Translations under genes and position numbers: made by a program
Shown: one piece after another, positions 1 through 13,626 of the stretch
Position numbering within the stretch: position 1 is the stretch's first letter
Layout of the letters: each line of letters begins with the position of its first letter
Notes under the pieces: model-generated
Told to the model about the DNA's origin: nothing
The model's input: only the letters and a program-made list of their open reading frames with translations
Databases searched by the model: none
Assembly (NCBI GenBank): GCA_951406725.2
Contig: OX597814.1
Span: forward strand, 17,732,001 to 17,796,000
Origin: Octopus vulgaris
Taxonomy: Eukaryota
Direction of reading: 5' to 3'
DNA: 64,000 bases

Positions 1-320
1 CTTCGTAGGATTTGAACTCAGAATGCAAAGAGCCGTAACAAATACCTCAAGGCATCTTTGAATTTTGCTGAAGGCACACATTTTGCCTAGATGGCAGTGA
101 TAACCCAGGACACGGACGAAGCTTACCACACAAGCAGACCTTCGTAGGATTTGAACTCAGAATGCAAAGAGCCGTGACAAATACCTCAAGGCATCCAGTT
201 CCACCAATTCCCTCGGATTGGCACGATTTTTTATTGATTCCAAAGTGATGTAAGACAAAGGTGACCTCGGCGGGGTCGACACTCTTAATCGTAAAGCACA
301 CTGTCCGACGCTCTAACGAC
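1..320 (-). mobile_element. Degenerate tRNA-derived SINE (family B-like) with a local 56-bp direct duplication
   Basis: cttcgtaggatttgaactcagaatgcaaagagccgtRacaaatacctcaaggcatc occurs at 1-56 and 140-195; tttgaactcagaa is the reverse B box, and gacaaaggtgacctcggcgg resembles family B copies. Confidence 0.55.
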
Positions 321-716
321 ACGGAGAATTCACTTTCTACCTAGAGGCACAGTGTTGGTAAATGGTAAAAGAAAAATATAGGCGTCGTATTAATCGATCG
401 AAGGCCTGCTTGAACAAGTGTGACTGAAGTTAAGCATAACCATAAGAATATAACCAGCTGTGTTTTGGACAGAATCGTCTCTACACAGTATTATAGGGCA
501 AAGAGCAGGTAACGCATAGTTAGGCTCTTACACAGGCAGATACAGATTAAGCGGATTAGCACTGGCTTCCTGGACCAATGTCGTTACATATGTGTGCTTT
601 GGTGCTATGACTTAAGACAGCTTTGTCTTTGAGTAAACTTTAGCAAATCTTCAATACCAGTTAGATCTCTGCCATCCATCTCCGTGCATCTTTTCCAAAT
701 ATATATTAATCTGCAT

Positions 717-945
717 ATGTATTTACGGAAATAATACAAAACAAATTGAAATTAAAAGGTAGATTTATAAATTTAGCTTAGAAATAGCTTCCGCCAATTT
801 ATGGCCGAAACGTATTGTCCTATTTTGTAATATTGTTTTAGTATTAAGCAAACTAGGTTCGATTTTGACAAGCAGCCATCTTAGGTCGATATAACTATTG
901 CAGTATGGTTTATATATCTTTTTTTCATTCTTTCTTTCTTTCTTT
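717..945 (+). repeat. Left copy of ~230-bp inverted repeat (partner 25795-26032)
   Basis: atgtatttacggaaataatac...ataactattgcagtatggtttatatatc is the reverse complement of 25830-26032 with only ~3 differences. Confidence 0.92.
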
Positions 946-1558
946 CTCTTTTTCTCTCTCTATCGTTATCTCTTTCTTTCCTTCTTTCTTTCCACTCCTC
1001 TTCCCTTCCGGCTTCTGTTTCCGACCTCTGTCTCTCCCTTTGCCTCTTCGCCTCACTTTCTCCCACACATATACGTACGCACTCTCACAATTTTGAATTC
1101 TGTTCTTGTCTAGCACAGGGTCACCAGAACTATGATGAAAGGATTTCCTGAAAGAAAAATATCTAGGACTTATTATCCGATATATTTTGATTTTGATTAC
1201 AGTATGGTGTCATTTAAGGAAGTCTTAGCTGCTGTTTCAAACAGGTTGTGTGCTCGAAAAAGAAGTACCTTTTTTTAGGAACATTTACGTATAAAAGCAA
1301 ATGTGTGTCGACAAGCAAAGAAAATACAATACTTCCATCTTTCATCTCAATGTTAGGTAATAAATGCATAACCAGACAGTTTCGAAAACCCCAATGGAAT
1401 GTATAGGTAGTAAATTCATAAATAATATAGCAAAAAGTCGTAAAAATATTTGCTAGAACATAAATAATTGAATTACGAGATATTATCGACCGATTTATAT
1501 CATCCTCTTTCAAAGGAAATGTTCGTAGATTGAGTATATATGTGAGTGTGCGTGTGTG

Positions 1559-1562
<4 letters not shown>

Positions 1563-1628
<66 letters not shown>

Positions 1629-1655
1629 CATATATATATATATGTATATATATAC

Positions 1656-1708
<53 letters not shown>

Positions 1709-1761
1709 CATACAAATACATTTATCTATACTTATATATGTGTATATATAAATATGTATAC

Positions 1762-1830
<69 letters not shown>
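1563..1830. repeat. Compound (TA)n/(CA)n microsatellite (representative of dozens across the window)
   Basis: Direct reading; source of the YI/VC/HT-repeat ORFs. Confidence 0.95.
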
Positions 1831-1833
<3 letters not shown>

Positions 1834-1889
1834 CTTCAAATGAAATGTGCGTAGATTAAGTGTATATGTATATGTGCACATATATGAAC

Positions 1890-1944
<55 letters not shown>

Positions 1945-2159
1945 CGTGTGCGTATGTATACACACATGTATGTATATATACACATACTTGATCTACATAC
2001 ATTTCATTTGCAACCAGCTGACTTATGTGTGCATAGACACACACACATACACATATATATAATATATGCACAGATGCATATATCTATTTATATGCACACA
2101 TGTGTGTATATATGTGATCGTGTGTGGATAGGCAGGCAGACAGGCAGACAGATATATAG

Positions 2160-2458
<299 letters not shown>

Positions 2459-3168
2459 TCTGTTACACTGTTAATAGTAATAATGGAAATTTGAAGTTTC
2501 GTGCTCGGCTTACATTAAGCAGTGACCATACATATGTATGATCGTACTAAATAGTTTCTCGTATTGCATTTTGGGGAAGGAAGAATTTTCGACTTCCTTC
2601 GTTTTGTACTTCTTCGACCTTGACCTCCATTATTTCAAAATCCCCAAGGGAAGTAACTCACCTCGAGAAAAATTTATGCATAATTTGTTATGCCAGTGAT
2701 CTTGTAAGCCTGTTGCACCAGAATTTCCTTAACGTGCTGTCGCAAACACGCATACACACACGCTCACACACAAGCAGGAACACACTCATGCACACACACA
2801 GATAGATGCATCAAAACATCTGCGTGAAATATTTGTATAATGTGTACTTAATTCCATAACTTTCAGATTGTAAACAGGAAATGAATCTCACTTGTAAATG
2901 CACATACAAGCCCACCCTTTTCACAAACACACATACACACAAACAGACACACAGAGCAGCATACACACATGTGCGCACACGTACGCACACACACACACAC
3001 GGAAACACATTTATTCACCGTTAGAGTTACTCTCTTATAAAATCACTACTAGACGCGTGTATACCTACACGCATACATATATACACATATACATACATGT
3101 AAACATACCTATATACCAACATGTTCATAGGTACCTTAAAATCAGACATTTTCTCATAATTAATCATG

Positions 3169-3199
<31 letters not shown>

Positions 3200-3394
3200 G
3201 CCTATACTACACACATAGATATACATACATTCTTATACATCAATATTCCTTATATGATGCACAGCCATACTTATATAATCAATTATAAACACACACATAC
3301 ATATACACGCACACACGGACACTGTATATAGTCCTACGGATCTCGGGTAGGGTTATATATTAACTAAATATTTTCAAATGTGTATGTATATATG

Positions 3395-3446
<52 letters not shown>

Positions 3447-3451
<5 letters not shown>

Positions 3452-3627
3452 ATCCAAACAAGAAAACACAAAAAAGACACAGAAACGCGAGGACGTGGAA
3501 CAAATAAAGTATTATTGGACGCTCAGGAAAGAAGGGAAGAAGGAAGGTTTAACGTTTCGAGCAGAGCTCTTCGTCGGAAACAAAGGAGAAGGAAAGATCC
3601 CGAGAAGGGAAGACAGTGGGAAAAAAT
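3447..3627 (-). mobile_element. Penelope-like terminal repeat (family E) next to (TA)n
   Basis: Near-identical to 40518-40697; contains a minimal hammerhead-like fold, a known hallmark of Penelope-like pseudo-LTRs. Confidence 0.65.
3547..3581 (-). ncRNA. Minimal type-I hammerhead ribozyme-like motif (U4C core variant)
   Basis: Minus strand GUUU-CCGACGA-A-GAGC-ucu-GCUC-GAAAC-GUU-AAAC: stem I GUUU/AAAC, stem II GAGC/GCUC, palindromic ACGU stem III. Confidence 0.55.
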
Positions 3628-3729
3628 TCCTGTATATATACACTGTATATATACACGAGTGAACAAATGTTTCACTGCGTTTGTTGGGTATATAGACATG
3701 AAGTTTGGGTAAAGCTTGTGTGTGTATGA

Positions 3730-3777
<48 letters not shown>

Positions 3778-4259
3778 TGATTAATTCGGCGGAAGAGGCA
3801 GATAGAGGTTAGTAGCAAGCTTTAAAATGTAAGTATTGGTAGTTGATTTGATTCGTTCGACTAAAAGTCTTCATGGCGGCGCCCGGAATGGCTGCCGTTC
3901 TAATATAAACGTGTGTAAGTATGTAGATAGAGAGAAGGAGAGACAGTCAGGCAAACAGACACAGTAACAGAGGCAGGACAGAGAAAATGACAACCAGGAA
4001 CTCTGAGGAAAAAAAATCCATAACCAAATATTTAACTTTGAGTTAAAATCTGTGTCAAAACTTTTTCGGCATCAAATTTCCACCAAAATATTCCTTTCCG
4101 TTTTCTTCAGTGTTTTTATTTATTTATTTATTTATTTGTTTATTTATTTTGTTTGTTTCTTCTGATTTTCTTGTCATCTTTTTTTCCTACATTCTTTAAA
4201 CTATAAACTCCTTTTTTTTTTGAAAGTGAATGCAGTATTATCAACAATTGCCACAGAGT

Positions 4260-4261
4260 AA

Positions 4262-4343
<82 letters not shown>

Positions 4344-4344
4344 G

Positions 4345-4409
<65 letters not shown>

Positions 4410-4427
4410 GCTACTACTACTACTACT
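4260..4427. repeat. (TAC)n-(TAA)n-(TAC)n compound microsatellite
   Basis: Direct reading. Confidence 0.95.
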
Positions 4428-5117
4428 GAGAGGCGTTATAGCGTCGCATAGAATGCCTGAAGGTATTTGTTCCGATTCCCGGTGCTTCGGTTTGAAATGC
4501 CTCGAAGTCAAGTTTGCATGTCTTCCTTTTGGAGATAGATAAAGACAGAAAACAAAAGAAAAATGAGAGGGAAATGTGACAATCCAAAGCGATGGATTGA
4601 CGAAAATGCAAAGACTTCAAGCCCGATACACACACGCACACACACACACGCGTGCACGTGCACAAATTGTTTCCTAACCCCCAAGTGAACTTACTTATAT
4701 TTAAGGTGGTATGCTTTCTGCCTGGGACTAAAACATCAACGACAACGAGTGTCTAAACTAGATACTGAGCTGGCTTTTAATCGACCTGATTAGCTTAAAT
4801 CCACGGTTTGTCGGCATCAAATTACTTCGCTGCAATGTTTACAGTTGCTAAGCAAAATGCGTTGCAGTTGTCCGTAGCAGGTTCATTTAGAAGACTTTTA
4901 ATCAACACTTTCATTACCCAGAGCATCCGCTACTATAATATAACATATACGACTCTCAGCTGATCACAATTAAAGATGGTTGAGGTATTTATCTAAATGT
5001 CTATAGCTTAGATTTGTGATATACTGTGAGAATTATCTTTACGCATATTTATGGATTCTGTCAGACAAAATCTCGTATACATGAACGTATACATAAGCTA
5101 AATACACATACGTATGT

Positions 5118-5159
<42 letters not shown>

Positions 5160-5900
5160 TTATGTGGCTTATTCCAGTAGAAAGCGACAAGGGAGGTAAA
5201 CTATACATTTTAATCAGTTATGCTCTTTATTTCAAAAACGAGGTCCACGGCAAGTCCAGAATTGTATAAGAATCACTCCACACGGCATTCGAGATCTAAA
5301 GAATCGAATATATATTTACATCTCTTGCTAACCTTTCCTGCAATTTTCTTTTTAATTTACCAGAATCAATCCACGAGAAATTATTGCTCTCATCACTGAA
5401 CATATATTTTTTATTCGTTTATATTTCTTAGTTTTCGACATCAGGTATATCTTCGAGAGAGCACTTTGTTATCAAGTGTTTATACAGCAGGCGATCGTAA
5501 GGTAATTCTCTCACCCACAACTCCGCCCCCGCTCGCGCCCCCGCCTCCGGTCATTCTTTTAAAATACATAAAAGGCTGCCATCTATATGAAATTTTGCTG
5601 ACATTTGTCATTCCATTTTTGCAACTTCAGTATATAAATGGAGACTGTGTTATGACAGGTTTTTCTTGTTTGGCGAATATTGCTGATTGTATTGTTTGGC
5701 AAGAAACTAAGCAAATGTTGGTAGTTGGAAATAGCAAACTGTAACATCCATACAGAACCCAGGTGGATTGGCAATGTTCCCACTAGTTATCAAAAATGAG
5801 GGTCATCATATGTTTTTTCAATATTATGCAAACATAGATATATAAATATGCATTCGTATGTATAATGCTTAAAAGTAACAGTATCTTGATACGTACATAC

Positions 5901-5953
<53 letters not shown>

Positions 5954-6992
5954 CATACATATATGCATATATATATAAATATATATATGTATGTATATAT
6001 ATATATGTGTATGTGTACATATATAAATATAAACATATATATATATATGTATATATATAAATATATAAATATATATATGTATATATATATATATAAATGT
6101 GTGTATATATATATATATGTATGTATATATATATATATAATATATATTGTATATATGTGTGTGTATATATGTGTGTGTATATATGTGTATATATATATAT
6201 ATACATATAAATACATTTATCTATATCATACATGTATAAATATATACATATATATCTATACACACACACACACATATATATATATATACATATATATATT
6301 TATAAATATAAATACACACACACATATATATATATATACAAAAATAATTACATTTAAAATTATACGTACATATATATACGTGCCCTATGAATTTAAGTAT
6401 AAATGTACACACGTGTGCATGTATATGTGTGTATATGTATTCGAGCATATCAGCATAACGCTTTGATCATGTTGTTATTAGCATCCGCCATTTAAGAATG
6501 CATATATAAAGCTATATATGCATACATATGTATGAATATATATGTACATGCACGTATACATACATACAAACATGCAGTCATATATACGTGTGAGCATGTG
6601 TGCGTATGGCTCTATAAGCATTGTCATAAAATATACATAGGCATATGCATGCGCACCAATAGCGAATAGCTTACGCGTGTTTGTAAAGGCTAAGCAAGCA
6701 TTCGAAACCATCCCCCTTCATATCAAGAGCCTGCCCCTATTCACAAATCGCTTTATGTGTCAGCCGTCATTGTTGTTGTACAGAGCACTCGTCAGGTGTC
6801 ACTATTGCAATATGCAGACATGATGTCGCGCTTTCCGCACGTGTAAACCTCTTTTCTTTCATAGTTACCATTAAATGAATGCTGAAGAAATAAAAAAACC
6901 CGCTTATTATGAGCGGCCATCGTTGTCTATTTACTGTCATTTCCCCACTTTTTGTCTCTATATTTCAATATTGGTATACATACATCAACATC

Positions 6993-7024
<32 letters not shown>

Positions 7025-7118
7025 ACATATGTATATATATATGTGTGTGTGTACATATGTATATATATATATAGAAAATACGTGCTTTCACACACCAACT
7101 TTCTCACCTATATATATG

Positions 7119-7167
<49 letters not shown>

Positions 7168-7501
7168 GTATATAGGGGGGGCAGATAGATTCTTCAGATA
7201 GATAGATGCATACATACATATATATAACACATAGACATACACATACATATGCGATACAGATATAGATATGTATTAGCAGGCACTCTTATTTACACACACG
7301 CACACGTGTGTGTATGTGTTTGTATGTATGCCTGGGGGTGTATATATATATATATTTTTTTTTTTTTTTATGCCTATGCGTATATGTTGTGTATGTATCT
7401 GTACATACATATATATATATATATATATAAGTATGTATATGTATGTAAATATACATATGTATGTTTGTATGTATACATATATATGTATGTGTTTATGTAT
7501 G

Positions 7502-7536
<35 letters not shown>

Positions 7537-7630
7537 ATCTATATATATATCTATATCTGTATGTATATATATATATATGTATATACATGTATATATATAT
7601 ATGTATTTGTGTATATACATAAATGCATGA

Positions 7631-7682
<52 letters not shown>

Positions 7683-7771
7683 ATATATATATATGCATGT
7701 ATATATATATATATGCATGTATATCTATATCTATGTATATGTGTGTCTATATACGTACATATATATGTGTG

Positions 7772-7830
<59 letters not shown>

Positions 7831-8169
7831 ATGAATCTACATCAACGTATGTGCGTGAGACTTTTCACTACGAGCGAGAATATTATATAAATATTATACG
7901 ATTCCACACGTGTACAACCGCATATAGTTTGAAATTACAAAGCTACAACGTGCGCGCGCACATATATTTGTTTGCTGGTGTCTGTGCAAGTCTGTTTTCA
8001 TTGGTGACATTGCTGTTGTTGATCCCAGCATTATTCTTGCCAATACGTGCACGACACGCTTTGTTATTGTTATTACCCTTGTGGCTAATAAATAAATTTT
8101 TTTTAAAAACCCCATCATACCTCGTCATTATTATACCAATATTACTATTACTGCTACCAATAATACAAA

Positions 8170-8812
8170 TGCTGTTGCTGCTACTAGTAATGATGATGAT
8201 GTTGATGATGATGATGATGATGAGGATGATGATGATGATGAGGAGGAGGAGGAGGAGGAGGAGGAGGATGAGGAGGAGGAGGATGATGATGCTGGCTGGC
8301 GCTGGTGGTGGTTTTGGTTTAGGAGATGATGAAGATGACGATGACGATGACAATGACGATGATAATGATGATGATACTGCTGGTGGCTGCGGTGGTAGTA
8401 ATGATGGTGCTGGTTTGAAGTGATTGGGTCGATGCCGGTGGTGGTGATGGTGGTGGTGGTGGTGGTGGTTTTAGTGGTGGTGGTGGTGGTGGTGGTGGTG
8501 GTGGTGGTGATGGTGGTGATGGTGGTGATGGTGGTGGTGGTGGTTTTGGTGGTGGTGGTGGTGGTGGTGGTTTTGGTGGTGGTGGTGGTGGTTGTTTTGG
8601 TGGTGGTGATGAAAGTCGTTGTCGTCGTGCTGGTACTCTGCTGCTGCTGGTGGTAAAAGACGATGACGATGGAGATGGTGGTGGTATTGGTGATAATGAC
8701 GATAATGATGATTATTGTTGTTACAATTTATTTATTTATTTATTTAATTATTATTATTATTATTATTATCATTATTATTATTATTATTTATTATCATTAT
8801 TATTATTTATTA

Positions 8813-8855
<43 letters not shown>

Positions 8856-8930
8856 CATTATTATTATTATTATTATCATTATTATTATTATTATTATTAT
8901 TATCATTATTATTATTATTATTATTTATTA

Positions 8931-8980
<50 letters not shown>
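8170..8980. repeat. Long compound trinucleotide tract (GAT/GAG/GAC, GGT, TTA)
   Basis: Direct reading; homopolymeric ORFs in all frames. Confidence 0.95.
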
Positions 8981-9463
8981 GTCCATGTTTTGCATTCATT
9001 TATTCTTCCAGTGGCAGATGTGTTACCATCTGTTTCAACGATTCTAAGCGACAGCACTACCACAACCACAACCAGAACAAGCGCCACAACCACCACCACC
9101 ACCACCATCATCTCCAGATCCCACCCCCTCCAATAACCACAACTACAACAAATGTAACGACCACTGCTGCTTTACGTATCAAAACAACTAAAACCTCCAC
9201 TACCAACTCTGCACTTACCCTTTCCCCCCCTTTTTAAAATGTGAAATAAAAGAACAAAAACAACGATAAGTCGGCGGCGGCGGCGGCGGCGGCGGCGACG
9301 CCGACGGAGACTAAGACCACAATATATAAGACAAACAAACAAAAAGCAAACAAACAAAAGAGCTGTCACTTGAGTCGAAAGGATTGACCGCTTATGTTAA
9401 TTCATGCAGATAAGCACACCCGCTTTCATATACGTACACTAACAGGTGTATTATATATATATA

Positions 9464-9501
<38 letters not shown>

Positions 9502-9649
9502 CATTTGGTCATGTGTGTATGTATGTGTGTGAATGCGTGCCGTTAATCAAACCTTTTAATTTATATCAGTGTATCATGTCTAATTATCACCCTTGTTGAC
9601 AGTGGAGAAATAAGCTTTTAGGTTTGTGTGTGCGTGCGTGTGTGTTTGC

Positions 9650-9708
<59 letters not shown>

Positions 9709-9924
9709 AGTGTGTGTGTATGTGCGTGCGTGCGTGTGTGTGTGTGTGTTTTATAACTAAATATGTCTGAATATGTTGAATCCTGAATCCTGACCCAGGT
9801 TCCGTCGACGACTGTAAATTTAAACACAAACACACACACATATATATTTATATACATACATATATACATACATAAATATATACATACATATATATTTGTA
9901 TGTATGCATATATTTTATTTATTA

Positions 9925-9979
<55 letters not shown>

Positions 9980-10767
9980 TATATATATGTGTGTGTGTGT
10001 ATATGCATGTATGCATGTATGTAATAAGTTTGTAGATTGCGTCACAATTACAACTATACCACAGTGGACATGTAATGTTGGTTTTCATAACTTATTACAG
10101 TTAGCAACAGCTGCCGTAAAGTCATTCGTTTTATATACAATCTCTCTGTCGTCTTTCCTATTTTTAGGTCATCGTTAGGTCTAATTGTACTCTTTGAGAC
10201 TCCGTACCTTACATCCTATTAACCGTGCATCATACCAATTTCAAACCATTTGATGCACTTAACTTTTCCTTTCTCTTTCCTTGCGTACGCCATTCTATCG
10301 CATATGAAAGTATCCGTTACAAATATCTTGTAAGTTGTATCAATTCAACTAGAGGTCTCATTGCCGTTGTTCCTTCTTTTTGATGTAACAGCTAAATTCC
10401 TTCTTTAAAGGAAGACACTTTGAATAAAGGGGATCTAGATTTACACTACCTCTAAATAAGGCAGGTTCGTCATTATTGAAAAATTCCTTGACTATAGGGT
10501 ATATTTTTGTAAAATACTTACACGTGTTTCAGTGACGATTACTAACTTATTACGTAAAGAAAACCTCACGTAATCCAGCACCACACATCATCAGAGTCCT
10601 TTCAAGTGGTATGTCCGTACTTCAGAGAATTAACAGAAATGACAGTGGGCAGTTTTCTTGTATTGACGTAGAGTTCGCACAGAAAAGGAAACATAGAGCA
10701 GAAACCGTAATATCTACTATCAGAATAGTAAATCACATTATATGCATGGGTGAATGTATATATCTTT

Positions 10768-11065
10768 TATCTTTTACTTGTAACAGTCGTTAGATGCAGT
10801 CATGCTGGAGCACCGTCTTCAAAACTTTTAGTCGAACGAATCGACCCCATTACTTATTCTTTTTTAATAATTTGGTAGTTAATCTGTCCGTCCTTTTGGC
10901 CAAGCAATTAAGTTGCGGGGCCGAAAACATAACAACACTGGTTGTCAAACGGTAGTGAGAACAAACATAGACGCAAAGACACACACGCAGATACGCGTGC
11001 CGGGTTTCTTGCAGTTTCCTCCGACCCGATGCTATAGTAAATGGCTACACAGAGGTACTGAACCA
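10768..11065 (-). mobile_element. Degenerate SINE family A copy
   Basis: catgctggagcaccg...tttagtcgaacgaatcgacccc...aacactggttgtcaa matches the family A copy at 35886-36279. Confidence 0.7.
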
Positions 11066-12041
11066 GAAAGAAAAGTTGCCGTGCGTTTTGGTGTTAAGTT
11101 TCAATTAAAAAAAAATTAACATTAAGTGCGTATATACAATTATTTAAGAAGAAGTATATTGACAGTGTTTTCGAAGTTTCGACCTGCTAGGCCTTCATCG
11201 TTCTGAGCATGATGAAACTTCGGAGTCACTGTCAATACTATTCTTCATAGAGAATAATATATGTATGTATGTATGTATATAATCTCAAATATAGTGCCCA
11301 AATATATTATGAGTACACTAGAACATTTACAAAATATCCTCAGTCCCTTACCCTCGTTTATACACACATTCTACACACACTCGTGTATACATATATTATA
11401 CACACACTCGTTTATACATACATATACATTTTCACACACGTACACACCTACAAACATACTCCAAACCCAAATTCTGTGTGTTTGCTACGCATTTTCTAAT
11501 TTCAAAACCCAACCTAGGTAGATGTATTATATGCAATTTGACATCTCCAATGGCGTTGGTAGGGACATTTTCACTGTTCTGCGAACGAATAGACTAAGAA
11601 AATTTATATTAGGATACCATGTCTAGAGATTATAGCTAGAAACATAAACTTTAAAGGTCGTAAATCAAAAAGCATGTCCTTACGTAATATTATCGAAGTA
11701 GAAAGGGAAGATGGAAGAGGTATTGAAATATTGAAACAGAATTATAAGAATACAATAGTATCTCGTATAAGGAGCACATATATATTATTATCCAGATGTT
11801 TCGTATGAATTCACACTCAGACACATACACAGACGCGTATGCTCATATATATATAAGTATGCATATATAAATATGTAGTCTGTAGCTCTCTCTCTTTCTC
11901 CAGCAATCTATCTATTTTCTTGTGAGTGTGTGCAGCTTTGACGTAAAGTATTTATTGATGGGAACATGAACTGAAAGAAAAGAGAAAGGAGAAGTATATA
12001 AGATATATCTATGTAACAAAGAAATATCCATTTACCCTGAG

Positions 12042-12483
12042 TCAACAACTGGAAAGCTGATAAGTCTCTATTAATAATGACGAGAAGTTGTGTGAAAGTC
12101 TCGTACACGTTTCTGTGTTTGGCGTAAACAACATTACTCGAAATTTGGCAGTTCTTTCAACAGATTTGTTTTCAAAGATCACGATTCTGCCTGCACGACA
12201 CGACATGTAAGATGCATTACCAGTTATATTTTTGGAGCCATGAGTGATTTCAAATTTTTCAATTTCATTCTCGTTTATCATCCAAAGTTGGTCCAGCCAT
12301 GTTTGATCAACTCCCGGTTTATATCCTAAAGACAACTTTGTCTTACATCGTTCTGCAGTGGACATTACAAGTACTAGTCGAGAACTGCGACCGATATAGT
12401 AGTGTATTCCTCCCAAGAAATTTTTGAGGCTTACACGTTGATGGATGCCTCTAATCAGTGAAAGGTCAAAAAATTGTGCACTG
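12042..12483 (-). CDS. Candidate coding exon (~147 aa) of an uncharacterised secreted glycoprotein, weakly lipocalin-like
   Basis: Only long, complex, stop-free non-repeat frame in the window; acceptor tttatttacatag|cag (NAGNAG, phase 2); four N-glycosylation sequons (NIT, NAS, NKS, NFS), four Cys including C-terminal; SLKNFLGGIHYYIGR and LIETYQLSSC loosely resemble lipocalin SCR1 and C-terminus. Confidence 0.5.
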
Positions 12484-12786
12484 CTATGTAAATAAATCAA
12501 ATAATAGAATCAGACGAGACGATGTGAAGAATATTCTGGCCCAAATTTAAATACAGCGAAGATACCAATGACCCTTAACTGTATCTTTGGTCCAGTTTAC
12601 TTATGTATCAATATAGGTAATCCCAAGGAGTTTATTAAGCAAGCGGAGAGGACATTGTCTCATTAATAAATATTTCTTACTTATGCCTGCTTTGTCAGGA
12701 ATTGTACATGATTTTAGTTTCATTAGAAATATTAGAACTTCACTGCATGGATATTTAAGTCAGCTGTTTTGTTATTTACCGCCATA

Positions 12787-13268
12787 GGAAGTATGATCAA
12801 TAAGTATCCGGACTGTTGCTGTAGTAACAAAGCTAAAGGACACAGAATGAAGCCATTGGGCCAAAATTGACCTTGACCTCTGCTTTGCATGCACACTAAG
12901 TTTTAACGTTCTAGCTTACTTCCGCTGTTTACAGCATTGTTTGGAAGGAAGGTGTGTAGCGTGTGATCGTCGCATTGCCCAAGACAAGGAATGTGTCATG
13001 GCGATACCTGCTCAGAGGCCTCTGAGCAGGTATTACCAAGATTTTGGCAAAATTTGATGCAGATTTTCTGCTCAACTTTCTCTGTCATGTTCAATGTGGC
13101 AAACACATGCTACACACCTTCCTTCCAAGTACTGCTGTAAACAGTCGAAGTGAGCCAGAACGTTAAAACCTTGTTTGCAAGCACAACAGAGTTCAAGTTC
13201 AATCTGTACCAAGCGTGCTTTAGCTTCTTTCTATGGCAACAGTCTGGATACTTATTGATCAGACCACG
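12787..13268. mobile_element. Tc1/mariner-derived fold-back MITE with TA target duplication
   Basis: TA at 12785-86 and 13269-70; TIR tgatcaataagtatccRgactgttgc at both ends, arms homologous over their whole length; minus strand from 13088 reads MTEKVEQKICIKFCQNLG, a mariner transposase N-terminus. Confidence 0.88.
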
Positions 13269-13281
13269 TATATTTGGTGAA

Positions 13282-13520
13282 TGTGCATAGCTTAGTGTCT
13301 AATGAATTCGGCTCACGACCATTAGGTCATGAGTTCGATTCCCGGCGATGCATTGTGTCCTTGAGCAAGACTCTTTATTTCACAATGCTCCAGTTCACTC
13401 AGTTTATTCAGAGTGCTAGACCTAGCACATTCGCTGATCCACTTGCAGGTTAATTTCAAAAGCTGTCTTTCCCGCTGATCCAATCAACTGGAACAGTTGT
13501 CGTCGTAACCGACAGTGCGT
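13282..13520 (+). mobile_element. Degenerate tRNA-derived SINE
   Basis: A box tagcttagtg, B box gagttcgattccc, followed by tgtgtccttgagcaagac central motif. Confidence 0.7.
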
Positions 13521-13626
13521 CCATCCGTAGATCTGAAACAATTATTGTTTTATGTTCTTCCATATTTCTGAAACTAACAAAACTAATATTTACAGTCTTT
13601 TCTAGGTATGAGAATTTGTCTCATAC

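Noticed and set aside
1214-1500. ~95 non-repetitive open codons on the minus strand, with shorter overlapping plus-strand frames and possible acceptors
   Set aside because: No recognisable motif, strand ambiguous, no convincing phase-matched partner exon
5617-5744. Acceptor-like tttttgcaacttcag followed by a short open frame
   Set aside because: Short, no motif or partner exon; compatible with chance
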